Shown: positions 46,841-56,280, counted from the stretch's first letter. The stretch is 64,000 nucleotides of DNA from Chrysonvirus as5 (IMGVR_UViG_650627007_000001:107172-171171), one strand, 5' to 3'. The notes: generated from the letters alone by a model not told the origin. A program made the numbers and translations.

Positions 46841-47371
46841 TTACAGATAGCTGGCTGCGGTGCTAACACAATCCGCAATCATTTGTTCATTGCCCTTGAT
46901 GTCTACATAGTAGCCACCTACCAGAGAATCTTCGTCACCAACACCGAACATAACTTCGTTGGTATTGTATTTTTCGATAACGAGAGTTTTGGTACCCTTC
47001 GTTACGTTAGCTTGAATAGAAGATTCATCATCGACGCCAGAAGCATCCGATTTGGCGATATCCGGAATCATGTTAGCCAGCTCAACAGCTTGACTTTTGT
47101 TAAGTGTATACATGATCGGAGAAAGTGCTTGGTTGCCTTCCAGCATGTAACCGAAGATCGCAACGGTATTACTGTTCTTGTTGATGCCGATACTCAGTTG
47201 CTCTGGACCAACTTCACCACTGAATTCGATGTTACAAACTTCACCGGAGTTCTTTGCGGCGATCTTGGCTTGAACTTCATCCATGGTGTGCTGAGTGAAG
47301 TTTTCAACGACCGCGGCATTAGCAGTGCCAGCAATCAGACCAAGTGCGATGATAATAGATTTCAGTTTCAT
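46841..47371 (-). CDS. secreted protein
   Basis: MKLKSIIIALGLIAGTANA signal peptide. Confidence 0.55.
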   Translation of the reverse strand: MKLKSIIIALGLIAGTANAAVVENFTQHTMDEVQAKIAAKNSGEVCNIEFSGEVGPEQLSIGINKNSNTVAIFGYMLEGNQALSPIMYTLNKSQAVELANMIPDIAKSDASGVDDESSIQANVTKGTKTLVIEKYNTNEVMFGVGDEDSLVGGYYVDIKGNEQMIADCVSTAASYL

Positions 47372-47396
47372 GATAATTCCTTAGTTTGTCTAACTT

Positions 47397-47696
47397 TTAA
47401 CGTATGGTAAAATGTTCTTTGATAGAAGTCAACTGGTTTTTGAATTTAATAGCTTCTTCCATGGTATGGAAATGATTAACGACTTCCCATTTAAAAATGT
47501 CGTCGCAATCGTGTGTTTCATGAGAATAAACACTCATTAACACCATCCAGCACGGTTCTCGAATTTCATCCCGAATAAAACTACCAGTTCGATAAGTTCG
47601 AGTACCATACGCAACCGCATACGCGCCTTTTGGAACTAAACCGTGAAATGTGCTATCTTTTACCTCATACCAGCTCCTGTTATTATAACACTTCAT
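47397..47696 (-). CDS. hypothetical protein (99 aa)
   Basis: ORF. Confidence 0.45.
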   Translation of the reverse strand: MKCYNNRSWYEVKDSTFHGLVPKGAYAVAYGTRTYRTGSFIRDEIREPCWMVLMSVYSHETHDCDDIFKWEVVNHFHTMEEAIKFKNQLTSIKEHFTIR

Positions 47697-48160
47697 GACT
47701 GATCCTCAAATGTAAGAAGCGTGATTACTCGATCTTCCTGTCTAATGATGCGAACATCAGCAGGGGGATTCTTCACGTATTCCCTGATTTCGTTCTGTAG
47801 TTTCTCGGTGAACAAGCCATGGCGATTTGCCCATCTGATCTTCATCATATCAGAATCAGTTACTGGATACAAGCCATATTCTAGCTTTATTTGTTCTTCG
47901 TTGAACTTATAATTCCGAACTCGCTCCATATATCGAACCAAGAAGTGGTCAGACAGATTCAGACATCCTACGGTTCGCCATGTGTTATAACAGAAATTGT
48001 CGTGAATTCGACCGTTCATCCAATCACCCGGCAAAACAGTTCTTTCAACAGCATTCAATATGCGGTTTGCTTCGGCAATGCTGTCATTGATCAACTGGAG
48101 TTGTTGATTCATTTTCAGAACTTTTGACGGGCGTACTCTTCTAACTCTACGCCCATTCAT
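47693..48160 (-). CDS. hypothetical protein (155 aa)
   Basis: ORF. Confidence 0.5.
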   Translation of the reverse strand: MNGRRVRRVRPSKVLKMNQQLQLINDSIAEANRILNAVERTVLPGDWMNGRIHDNFCYNTWRTVGCLNLSDHFLVRYMERVRNYKFNEEQIKLEYGLYPVTDSDMMKIRWANRHGLFTEKLQNEIREYVKNPPADVRIIRQEDRVITLLTFEDQS

Positions 48161-48161
48161 A

Positions 48162-48746
48162 TCAGAACTTCCCTACACAGAAATCCATTGCTTCTTTCAG
48201 ATCTTCGAAAACTTTAACCAGATTCGAGTTGATGCTGGTTTTGGCAGATTCGTCAATGTAACGAATGTGATGGATCGTATCCACTTCTTCGCAGTACCAT
48301 TTCTTGCCTTCAATCACGCGAGTTTCGCGGCGCTGTTCAGTTTCGATCAGTTCACAAGCTCGGGGAAGTTCTCGGAACATACCACGATAACGGACAGCAT
48401 AATGGATTTTGTTTGCTACTTTCAACACCCGAGATTCGAAATCATGCAGCAAACGCGATTGAATACGATTGGCATATTGTTGAGCTTCTTCTCTGGTAGT
48501 GAAAACAAAGTTAAGAGCAGTGACTTCCGATTGTTTAACTTCCGATTCATCACCGATATTAAATTCGCAATAACTAACATTGAAATTATGATGTTCAACT
48601 GCGGCTTTCACAGTGAAATTGAATTTACCAACAGCAATAGGAGTGCATTCTCGAATGACACAAGTAATATCACTACCACGAGTTTCGCATTTAACGAGAT
48701 AAACGGGTTTATCGTACTTGATTTGTGATTTCAGTGTAATCAACAT
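48162..48746 (-). CDS. hypothetical protein (194 aa)
   Basis: ORF. Confidence 0.5.
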   Translation of the reverse strand: MLITLKSQIKYDKPVYLVKCETRGSDITCVIRECTPIAVGKFNFTVKAAVEHHNFNVSYCEFNIGDESEVKQSEVTALNFVFTTREEAQQYANRIQSRLLHDFESRVLKVANKIHYAVRYRGMFRELPRACELIETEQRRETRVIEGKKWYCEEVDTIHHIRYIDESAKTSINSNLVKVFEDLKEAMDFCVGKF

Positions 48747-48801
48747 AATAATTTCCTCTTATGATATCGACAATGTGCGCTCGAAAGCGCACATTAGCAA
48801 A

Positions 48802-49431
48802 TCACAGCAGGTCGAACACGCTAACCTTTTTCATTGCATATACCGGAACTTCGGTAACTTTGTGAGTCTTCATGATCTCACGGATGGTGTCTTCGGTAGC
48901 TTTCACCATCTTGCCATCACTCTCGATGTAGAACTCGGAAGCATCGAAACCAGAAGCTTGTGCGATCTTGGTTTCAATCTTGACCGGCTCCGGTTTAACT
49001 TCAACAACCGGACCCATTTTCATGTTCTTGACCGGGAATTCATAACCCATGTACGGGAAAGATGTTACAAACTGAACAGCGCCACCGGTAAACACATTGA
49101 TATCAGGAACGAAACCGCGCATGGTGATGATATTCATGTCCAGCACTTCGGTAATTTGGGTTTCTCCCAGATTGTTCAGTGAGTTTGCGATTGCGTAACC
49201 ACACGCGACGGTGTTGTTGGCACGCTTGATAGTCAGACGACGGAAGTTACCGGTGTCATCCATATACCACATTGCGTCGATTGCATAAGTCGGATATACT
49301 TTGCCCTTGGTACCAACGGTATAGCCTACCGATTTGCCATGAGATTTGATTTTGCCGAACACACCCTTGTACTTACCAGAAGTTACCATTACCAGAGTGC
49401 CAACTTTGTGCTTGTGATTTACGTTTTGCAT
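48802..49431 (-). CDS. hypothetical protein with KOW-like N-terminus
   Basis: VGTLVMVTSGKYKGVFGKI. Confidence 0.5.
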   Translation of the reverse strand: MQNVNHKHKVGTLVMVTSGKYKGVFGKIKSHGKSVGYTVGTKGKVYPTYAIDAMWYMDDTGNFRRLTIKRANNTVACGYAIANSLNNLGETQITEVLDMNIITMRGFVPDINVFTGGAVQFVTSFPYMGYEFPVKNMKMGPVVEVKPEPVKIETKIAQASGFDASEFYIESDGKMVKATEDTIREIMKTHKVTEVPVYAMKKVSVFDLL

Positions 49432-49480
49432 TTTATATTCTCTCATTACAGTTTAAGTTTGAACTTTCGTTCGTCGTTTC

Positions 49481-49517
49481 GATGTGGACATTCTAACAGG
49501 TAGCGTTTTATTGTCAA
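49481..49517 (-). promoter_or_regulatory. PeSL-like early promoter cassette
   Basis: TTGACA-17nt-TAGAAT. Confidence 0.45.
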
Positions 49518-49563
49518 CTACTTTTTTCGACAATGGGCACTATTTCTAGAGCCCATTAGCAAA

Positions 49564-49968
49564 TCAGGCAGAGATAAAATCGGTGATCACACGCGGGTTA
49601 GAGATATGACCACTCAGACGCCAGATGGAAACTCGATCAGTCGGGTTTTCGATCTTGTGCTTGCGAGCTGCTTCCATAGCGGCAGCATTGGTAGCTGGGC
49701 TCATGAAATTTTCTTTGCCATCGGTAGTCACGATCTGGACGATTGTATCGATCTTGGTTTTCATGCTACCAGCTTCCTTTTTCGCGACTTCATCGCTAAC
49801 AGCTTCGAGGCTATTCAGAGACAGATAGGTAGTTTTACCATCAATATCAAGTCGAGCACTGCGAATACCGTCGCGCCAGTCCCAACTGGTCATCTTAACA
49901 ACACGACCGAAATGCTTGGAGCGTTCGGTAGTAACACGGACATAACCACGATAAGATTCTTTAACCAT
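49564..49968 (-). CDS. hypothetical protein (134 aa)
   Basis: ORF. Confidence 0.5.
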   Translation of the reverse strand: MVKESYRGYVRVTTERSKHFGRVVKMTSWDWRDGIRSARLDIDGKTTYLSLNSLEAVSDEVAKKEAGSMKTKIDTIVQIVTTDGKENFMSPATNAAAMEAARKHKIENPTDRVSIWRLSGHISNPRVITDFISA

Positions 49969-49973
49969 TTTTA

Positions 49974-50543
49974 TTACCCTTTGAAATTGAAAGTCTTTTC
50001 ATCTACCCGAGCGATTGTGTCGAGTTCGATGCAGTGTTTTGAGTACGGGTCTAGCTTATCAGCTTTCACCAGGATGTCAACGATTTTATCAAACTTTTCT
50101 TTTGCTGCCCAATCGTCATTAGCAACAATAGTAAACTCGGCACGTTCCAAGCAGATCTCGCCGATGGCGAAAGCTTTGGTCACTTGATACGCATAGTTAT
50201 CAAACGAAAGGTGACTCTTTACTGAACAGTATTGGATGATCTCTTCCAGAGACTCGCGAACGGCGAACATTGGGAACATGGTACGGAATCGATATACCCA
50301 CTTGTCCTTAACAATTCTTGCTCCGCAATAAGCTTGCAGATCGATGAACAAGTTTTCCTTAGAACTCATGAACATCGGCAAGTTTTCTTTGTGATTCCAA
50401 CCACAGTGATTGTGACCAAACAAACCAGCATTCTGGCAGTTGCAACGCTCCAGATCGTCTTGTTCGTCAGCTCGGCCAACGAATTTCAGATACATTTCAG
50501 GAGTGATTTCGGTTTTAGCTCGCATGAGTGATATCCCATACAC
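49974..50543 (-). CDS. hypothetical protein with Cys/His cluster (CNCQ..HNHCGWNH)
   Basis: ORF 189 aa. Confidence 0.5.
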   Translation of the reverse strand: MYGISLMRAKTEITPEMYLKFVGRADEQDDLERCNCQNAGLFGHNHCGWNHKENLPMFMSSKENLFIDLQAYCGARIVKDKWVYRFRTMFPMFAVRESLEEIIQYCSVKSHLSFDNYAYQVTKAFAIGEICLERAEFTIVANDDWAAKEKFDKIVDILVKADKLDPYSKHCIELDTIARVDEKTFNFKG

Positions 50544-50691
50544 CTAACATGAAAATAATCAAAAGTCCCAACACACCATAAAATCCTGTTTTGAACATGT
50601 CATGGACACCGGACTTTTTATCTGTCATCTGCCACAAAATTCGGCAGATAACGATGATTGACCAACCAAGCAAGATGAAATATTTGATCAT
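50515..50691 (-). CDS. small membrane protein
   Basis: trimmed to MIKYFILLGWSIIV. Confidence 0.4.
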   Translation of the reverse strand: MIKYFILLGWSIIVICRILWQMTDKKSGVHDMFKTGFYGVLGLLIIFMLGVWDITHAS

Positions 50692-50692
50692 C

Positions 50693-50956
50693 TTAGATAT
50701 CCTGCAACAGAACGATTTCGCGATCTTTCGGATTAGCTTCGATGTCAAAGAAAGACATCACACCATCTTTGCGAACGGTGATATAACCCAAATGGCGATC
50801 ACACTGTTCAATGGTGTATCCTTGTTGTTCGAGGAACATGATCGCTTCGCTGCTTGCGTGAGTACGACCGCAACCGGTCCAGTCGATCACAGCGGCCAGA
50901 GCGCCTTCGTTAGTAGAAACAAACAGATTGTTACGGATATTATGCGGGTTAAACAT
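50693..50956 (-). CDS. hypothetical protein (87 aa)
   Basis: ORF with GAGGAAATAATC leader. Confidence 0.45.
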   Translation of the reverse strand: MFNPHNIRNNLFVSTNEGALAAVIDWTGCGRTHASSEAIMFLEQQGYTIEQCDRHLGYITVRKDGVMSFFDIEANPKDREIVLLQDI

Positions 50957-50981
50957 GATTATTTCCTCAGTTCGTTGTCTT

Positions 50982-51019
50982 GATGTGGCTCATTCTACAT
51001 GGAAGAGCCACATCGTCAA
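50982..51019 (-). promoter_or_regulatory. PeSL-like early promoter cassette
   Basis: TTGACG-..-TAGAAT inside tgtggctc/gagccaca hairpin. Confidence 0.45.
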
Positions 51020-51022
51020 GCT

Positions 51023-51349
51023 TTATTTTACTTCGAAAACCCAATAACGGCAGGTTTTTGTTCCATGCTTGTATCGCTGGAATCCGATACCATGTTTCTC
51101 CATCATGTGCTCGATGTTTTCGGCACTCTGCTTGAAGACAAGACGAACACCACGCTCCCAAGTCTCGATCCAACGATTCTTACTTAGCTCGTTGTTCTTA
51201 TCATCCTTGCGATTATACATCGAGAGGAATTTGTTGAACTGATGATTCTCCCGAAGCATGTCCACGATGTCGTTAGTTGTGAATCGAGCACCAGGACAAG
51301 CCTGAATTCCCGGGATTGCATGTTCTATTACCGCGTTGCGAATGCTCAT
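51023..51349 (-). CDS. hypothetical protein (108 aa)
   Basis: ORF. Confidence 0.5.
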   Translation of the reverse strand: MSIRNAVIEHAIPGIQACPGARFTTNDIVDMLRENHQFNKFLSMYNRKDDKNNELSKNRWIETWERGVRLVFKQSAENIEHMMEKHGIGFQRYKHGTKTCRYWVFEVK

Positions 51350-51825
51350 TTTTGCTCTACCAGAAGCTTAATATGTTTAGGAACGATGATATGAACAACA
51401 TTATCCTTGATATCGGACGGAATGTCAATGCGCATAATGCTATTCAATTTCTTCGCCGGTTTTTGTTCAAGAACGTCCAGATTTTGTACCGGTTCCCGTG
51501 CAATTTCAGTCCAAGTTCCACGCTTATCCGATACAACTTTGTATCCCAGTTTCGTCATGAGTGCAACCGCTCGGGTATCCGATGTTTTCATCAGATCACG
51601 AACAATACTCCTCCAGCGAGGTCGAGAATCTAAACCACCAGTCGGAACTCCCAGATAATCTCGATATCGATCAACAAGTTCTATAAAATTCTTGTTGCCC
51701 AACATGTGATCTCCAACGATAGTTGGAGTTATGTCCTTTGCACCGAGTAATGCGCGGATGCTAGATTTCGCGTATTCTTTAACGCGGAGACGAATGTTGT
51801 CTGGAATGTCAGGATGTTTACTCAT
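51346..51825 (-). CDS. hypothetical protein (159 aa)
   Basis: ORF. Confidence 0.5.
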   Translation of the reverse strand: MSKHPDIPDNIRLRVKEYAKSSIRALLGAKDITPTIVGDHMLGNKNFIELVDRYRDYLGVPTGGLDSRPRWRSIVRDLMKTSDTRAVALMTKLGYKVVSDKRGTWTEIAREPVQNLDVLEQKPAKKLNSIMRIDIPSDIKDNVVHIIVPKHIKLLVEQK

Positions 51826-51828
51826 TGT

Positions 51829-51960
51829 TTACCCCTTTAGGTTTTTGAATACGGATAATGTGATGTCCGCAAAAGTCGTAATAATAGAAAACAACAGTCC
51901 GATTACCACTACCGCGATACCGAGCAACGTAAACGCAACGGCAGTCCAGTTGATACTCAT
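51829..51960 (-). CDS. possible small membrane protein (43 aa)
   Basis: MSINWTAVAFTLLGIAVVVIGLLFSII..; weak RBS. Confidence 0.25.
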   Translation of the reverse strand: MSINWTAVAFTLLGIAVVVIGLLFSIITTFADITLSVFKNLKG

Positions 51961-51967
51961 GAAGAAA

Positions 51968-52312
51968 TCAAGCATTCAGATGTTCCTTCAACGCTTTCAG
52001 TTGTGCAGCATTCAGATTACGGACTGCGGATTGTGCGATTCGCAGATCTTGAGCTTGTTGATTCTTCTCTTTGTTGATAGTGACGCGAGTCGAATAGCTA
52101 TTGTGTTTGATTTCGAGTCCACCCGCATCAACGTAGAACTTTCCAACTTCAACAGGAGTAATCTCTTTGAAGTCATATCCGTAATACGGATTTTTCCCCT
52201 CGGACAACATATGAGTTACGATCTTAGGAATCTCACCCTTGTAATATCCGAGAAGTCGAACGGAGCGACCTTCGCAATCACCTTCGGTTGTTACTGCATA
52301 CAGCTTTTCCAT
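51968..52312 (-). CDS. hypothetical protein
   Basis: trimmed to MEKLYAV. Confidence 0.45.
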   Translation of the reverse strand: MEKLYAVTTEGDCEGRSVRLLGYYKGEIPKIVTHMLSEGKNPYYGYDFKEITPVEVGKFYVDAGGLEIKHNSYSTRVTINKEKNQQAQDLRIAQSAVRNLNAAQLKALKEHLNA

Positions 52313-52320
52313 GATACACC

Positions 52321-52512
52321 TCACGCTTTGAACTTTATGATTTCGGAATTATGAACAACGATCACAGTTTGACGTTTGCGCCAGAATTGATACCACTTGA
52401 CAGGCTTGTAATCAGCCATTTCCATTACTTGCTCAACGGAAGCAGTTGTTACGGAAATCTGACCGTTGGGAAGAGTCATCATAACTTGGTCATTGACGAT
52501 TTGCAGATTCAT
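52321..52512 (-). CDS. hypothetical protein (63 aa)
   Basis: ORF with GAGGAATAAATT leader. Confidence 0.4.
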   Translation of the reverse strand: MNLQIVNDQVMMTLPNGQISVTTASVEQVMEMADYKPVKWYQFWRKRQTVIVVHNSEIIKFKA

Positions 52513-52537
52513 AATTTATTCCTCAGTTGTTTGTGTT

Positions 52538-52574
52538 GATGTGGACATCCTATCATGTCCACATCTTGAGTCAA
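52538..52574 (-). promoter_or_regulatory. PeSL-like early promoter cassette
   Basis: TTGACT-16nt-TAGGAT; 10-bp inverted repeat atgtggacat/atgtccacat around the -10. Confidence 0.5.
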
Positions 52575-52680
52575 TCAATTTTTTAAAGTTTTTCCATCAA
52601 TTCTGATAGGGAAGATGCATAAAAATATGCAAACAACAGATTGCTGCCGACAATTATGACTTTACACAGTGTATCGGACA

Positions 52681-53133
52681 TCACAGCTCCGAATGATAAC
52701 GAACAACGTAGTCCTCAAGCTCACGATAGAACTCTTGGTACTCGATTGTCCGAATGATATCTTTCGGGCTAGTCCCTTTCAAGCGGCGAATGTCACTATT
52801 ATGGTGAAGATCACTCATTTTGATGTAAACGGATCGAATGTCAGACTTTACCCGTGCCTTATATTCGGACATAGGCTCGCCAGGACGTTTGCTCACGTTG
52901 TCAACGAGTTGAACGGCATCGATACTCATACCCGCAGCCAGAAGCATATCGCGACCGCCTTCGATATCTTCGATTACATCGTGAGCCAGTGCTGCTTGGC
53001 GAGTTGCTTCATCGGCACATTGAGGAAGTCCTTTCAGAACTGCCAGACAATGTTCGAAGTAGGGACGACCGCCTTTGTCGTTGGTGTCGGCGAAAGCAGT
53101 TGCTACCAGTGCATACAGTTTAGACATTTTCAT
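52681..53133 (-). CDS. HD-domain small alarmone ((p)ppGpp) hydrolase (SpoT/Mesh1-like)
   Basis: GRPYFEHCLAVL..AALAHDVIEDI..LVDNVSKR..YIKMSDLHHN aligns with SpoT hydrolase (GEPYITHPVAVA..AALLHDVIEDT..LVEGVSKL..ILIKLADRTHN). Confidence 0.7.
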   Translation of the reverse strand: MKMSKLYALVATAFADTNDKGGRPYFEHCLAVLKGLPQCADEATRQAALAHDVIEDIEGGRDMLLAAGMSIDAVQLVDNVSKRPGEPMSEYKARVKSDIRSVYIKMSDLHHNSDIRRLKGTSPKDIIRTIEYQEFYRELEDYVVRYHSEL

Positions 53134-53392
53134 AATCTTTCTCCAGCTCTTTGAGTTCTTGAGTTAACATCTTATCACGTTCGGAATGATATGCAACTCT
53201 TTCCTTTGAATGTTTGATGTCGCTTTCTAAACCTTTCCGGTAATCACGAATGGCAGTTTCTAAAGTAGGACATTCCTTAGTACCATATCCAAATTTTCGA
53301 TGTCCGTCAATACAAAAATACCAAGCAATCACGTTTTGATGTTCACCGGCAGATACCATCGAATATCTGCCGTGTTCATGAATGATGTTCAT
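53120..53392 (-). CDS. hypothetical protein (90 aa)
   Basis: ORF. Confidence 0.45.
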   Translation of the reverse strand: MNIIHEHGRYSMVSAGEHQNVIAWYFCIDGHRKFGYGTKECPTLETAIRDYRKGLESDIKHSKERVAYHSERDKMLTQELKELEKDYENV

Positions 53393-53400
53393 TCCACGCC

Positions 53401-54324
53401 TTATAAGTAACTGGCAAGAATACGACTTGCCACGTTCTTGTGTTTTGCTTCGACCATAATATCGAAATGACGATGGAATGTCAACGCCGCATCGATAACT
53501 TTTTTGTCGTCGATGATATCGCTATGTGCGCAAATATCACGGAAATTATCAGTACCACGAGATTGCGAAACGTGAATCTTTGGACGACGCATACGAGATT
53601 TCCAAGTCGCGTGAACACGTTGTACCAAAGGATCGTCAGCAGTCAACAACACGCCGCCATCAGTACGATTGCAGAAATGATGGTGAATGTCTAGCAGCAC
53701 AGGGAATCCGTAACGCTCACAGATCTCCAGTGTTCGGGTCAAAGTACCAGTCTTTTCGTCATTCTCAAATGTGATATATGATTTGAGGTGTTCGCTCATA
53801 CGGTCAACAGGAAGAACGTCAGTCTTACCATTGAGGTGAATGTTAATGATACCCTCATACTTGGGAACAAGTAGATTTCTGAGGATAAATGTATGCATTT
53901 CCAAGTCCAGCAAAGCGTTATCGACTACTTCTGGACGATCACTATTGAGAATAGTATACTGGGACGGATGCATGGACAGTCTGATATTAGACTGATATGC
54001 CTTATTGCCAATCATGTTAAGAACAAGAATGACACGATCACGGAAACTGTCATAATAAGACGCATATTTCGGATGCGCGTACAGCGGCAGCAAATCGGAG
54101 GTAATGCGCAGCAAACGCTGGCTTTCGTGAAGTTTAGACACTCGATTTACCATGTTACTGAGTGCGGTAAGATTAGCCATGACTTTATCACACAGCTTGG
54201 CGATACCAGCTTTCTCGTTAAGCTTTTCCATATCGCACACGCGAACAGTGCCGAACTTGGTATCGTTATACTGCTTGAATTCACCGTTAACAACTTCACC
54301 CATTTGACACGCAAAACCAATCAT
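53401..54324 (-). CDS. uvdE: UV-damage endonuclease UvdE/UvsE family
   Basis: MHPSQYT, INIHLNG, FENDEKTGT, LDIHHHF, IMVEAKHKNVA align with B. subtilis UvsE (FHPNQFT, INIHIGG, LENDDKTYT, FDFHHF, IMIEAKQKDKA). Confidence 0.75.
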   Translation of the reverse strand: MIGFACQMGEVVNGEFKQYNDTKFGTVRVCDMEKLNEKAGIAKLCDKVMANLTALSNMVNRVSKLHESQRLLRITSDLLPLYAHPKYASYYDSFRDRVILVLNMIGNKAYQSNIRLSMHPSQYTILNSDRPEVVDNALLDLEMHTFILRNLLVPKYEGIINIHLNGKTDVLPVDRMSEHLKSYITFENDEKTGTLTRTLEICERYGFPVLLDIHHHFCNRTDGGVLLTADDPLVQRVHATWKSRMRRPKIHVSQSRGTDNFRDICAHSDIIDDKKVIDAALTFHRHFDIMVEAKHKNVASRILASYL

Positions 54325-54331
54325 ATATTCC

Positions 54332-54607
54332 TCACACTTTAAGATTTTCGAAATCAGAGATCAATTTCTTCAACTGTTCTTTCTGACTACCAGTTAACCC
54401 TGACATGGTATACCGATTTACCAATGATGTCAACGTGGATTGCACAAGAATTTGTGCTTGTGCTCTTGCGACAACTCTTTCCTCAGTGGGAAGATTTCGA
54501 TCTTTGTTTTTAACACGGAGTGCCTTGCACTCCGCATAGATGTTTTCGTATGCTTTGATTCGATGTTGGAACAAAGCAATCATTGGACTCAAACTAAAAC
54601 CGTACAT
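54332..54607 (-). CDS. hypothetical protein
   Basis: ORF, start uncertain. Confidence 0.35.
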   Translation of the reverse strand: MYGFSLSPMIALFQHRIKAYENIYAECKALRVKNKDRNLPTEERVVARAQAQILVQSTLTSLVNRYTMSGLTGSQKEQLKKLISDFENLKV

Positions 54608-55029
54608 TAGAACTCCGGATTCCATTTGTTGTGATGGCCTTGTACCAGACCCCACATTTTGGAGTACAGCCAAGTGCCGGTCTTTTTGCGACGGTAGAAA
54701 GTCTTTCCAGTCGAGGTAGTGATTTGCAGAGATTTGGAAATCTTAACGATAGTCCCCTCTGGATAGTAATCACCGTTAAAGGAACGGCTCACTTCGTCAC
54801 CAACTTGCGGCATACGAACAACATCAAAACGAGGAGAAACCCACTCACCACGGTCAACAGCCAACAGAGATTCTTTCTCGGAAAACAGCTCAACAACTTG
54901 TTCGGCTTGCTCCAGAGATTTCCAGTCCCAGCGAGAAACAACGATGTCGCCAGCTTCTTTAGCTGCTTTATAAGCATCAGAGCTAACAGATTCGATGATT
55001 TCTAGTTTGGTGATGTTGAAGTGTTTCAT
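54607..55029 (-). CDS. hypothetical protein (141 aa)
   Basis: trimmed to MKHFNITK. Confidence 0.5.
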   Translation of the reverse strand: MKHFNITKLEIIESVSSDAYKAAKEAGDIVVSRWDWKSLEQAEQVVELFSEKESLLAVDRGEWVSPRFDVVRMPQVGDEVSRSFNGDYYPEGTIVKISKSLQITTSTGKTFYRRKKTGTWLYSKMWGLVQGHHNKWNPEF

Positions 55030-55069
55030 GATGTTTTCCTCAGTTTGTTGATAAGACGTCTCTCGTCTT

Positions 55070-55106
55070 GATGTGGCCATAATAACACGGCCACACCTAG
55101 CGTCAA
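55070..55106 (-). promoter_or_regulatory. PeSL-like early promoter cassette
   Basis: TTGACG-17nt-TATTAT; near-identical to cassette at 33935. Confidence 0.5.
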
Positions 55107-55489
55107 CTACTTTTTGAAAAAAATTTCACTAGAACGGTTCGACCACCGCTCAATACTAATTCACGATACAGTTTGAAACTTTCCTCATATGGATCAATAG
55201 GATAGACAAACTGACGTCCAAGATCCGCGATCTGTTTACGTTCGACAATATGCTGGAGCTGACAACTCAAACCACGAAGATATGCCTTCATAGTAGAAGT
55301 TTCGAGTTCAATGCCGCTAATTGTCCGTAGAAGCTTCGCGATTCCATCGAAATCAGTAAACGCTTGATCGTAATACTCGGAAAACTCAGCATATGAAGCA
55401 ACATCAAGCCGAGCTCGGTTCATAAGATACAGAGATTCAGCTAGTCGTTCAGTGAGTTTCATAAACTCTAGATTAAAATCATTTGTCAT
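55103..55489 (-). CDS. hypothetical protein (128 aa)
   Basis: ORF. Confidence 0.5.
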   Translation of the reverse strand: MTNDFNLEFMKLTERLAESLYLMNRARLDVASYAEFSEYYDQAFTDFDGIAKLLRTISGIELETSTMKAYLRGLSCQLQHIVERKQIADLGRQFVYPIDPYEESFKLYRELVLSGGRTVLVKFFSKSS

Positions 55490-55761
55490 AAAATCTCGTT
55501 TCCTTTAATAAGAGAGTTAGCGTAATGGCGATGCGCCGACTCCGTGAATGCTCGTTCGGCTCGAACGACTTCTGGAACAATCTGAGTCATACGATGTTCA
55601 TACATCGCGTTGATTCTACTCAACAGTTTAACGCCTTCGCGTGACAACTTCGAGCCAACACGCTCGGCAGAATACAGTTCTTCCAGCTCTCGAATCTGTC
55701 TAAGTTGCTCTTTGCTAACGGCACTTGCTGCCATGTAAGCGATCATTTCATCATTGATCAT
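55486..55761 (-). CDS. hypothetical protein (91 aa)
   Basis: ORF. Confidence 0.45.
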   Translation of the reverse strand: MINDEMIAYMAASAVSKEQLRQIRELEELYSAERVGSKLSREGVKLLSRINAMYEHRMTQIVPEVVRAERAFTESAHRHYANSLIKGNEIL

Positions 55762-56032
55762 TTCTAAGTCCTATATACCAGATTTTACCAACGCTCGTTT
55801 GTTGGTATTTTTCACTATTCCACATGCGGCGACGTACCGCAGATGCATGAGGACTGTTATGTCCCATCTTATCTACCCAGCGCAGCATTTTGCGGCAGCA
55901 TAGTCCGATATCGATTCGACATTGACAAGCCATTTCGTCGTATAGTTTTCCATCAACGAACAAACGGATGTGGTAACGATTTTTGATTCTCGTTACCTTA
56001 GTCTCCGTCTTTACGGGTTTGAAATCATACAT
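55751..56032 (-). CDS. hypothetical Cys-rich protein (93 aa)
   Basis: ORF. Confidence 0.45.
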   Translation of the reverse strand: MYDFKPVKTETKVTRIKNRYHIRLFVDGKLYDEMACQCRIDIGLCCRKMLRWVDKMGHNSPHASAVRRRMWNSEKYQQTSVGKIWYIGLRNDQ

Positions 56033-56274
56033 TAGATCAAACGCTCTCCCATAACAACAGTCTTACCAGAGGAATAATATCCGTAGTTCTTCCACTTACG
56101 CATATTGCCAATCATGATGTTACGACCGGCGTTAGTTGCTTCTTCGGCAGTAGCATAAGAAACGGTGTAGTCAACGCGAGAAACACCAGCAGCAGATACG
56201 AACGGATAGAATTTCATGATTACTTCCTCTTGATTTGATAAAGCTATCTTAGCAGGTTTGATTTCGCGATTCAA
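56032..56274 (-). CDS. hypothetical protein (80 aa)
   Basis: ORF. Confidence 0.45.
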   Translation of the reverse strand: MNREIKPAKIALSNQEEVIMKFYPFVSAAGVSRVDYTVSYATAEEATNAGRNIMIGNMRKWKNYGYYSSGKTVVMGERLI

Positions 56275-56280
56275 GCATTA

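Noticed and set aside
50967-51173. 68-aa minus-strand ORF overlapping gene 51023..51349 out of frame
   Set aside because: It overlaps a longer, better-supported gene and runs through a PeSL cassette with no RBS. Likely spurious.
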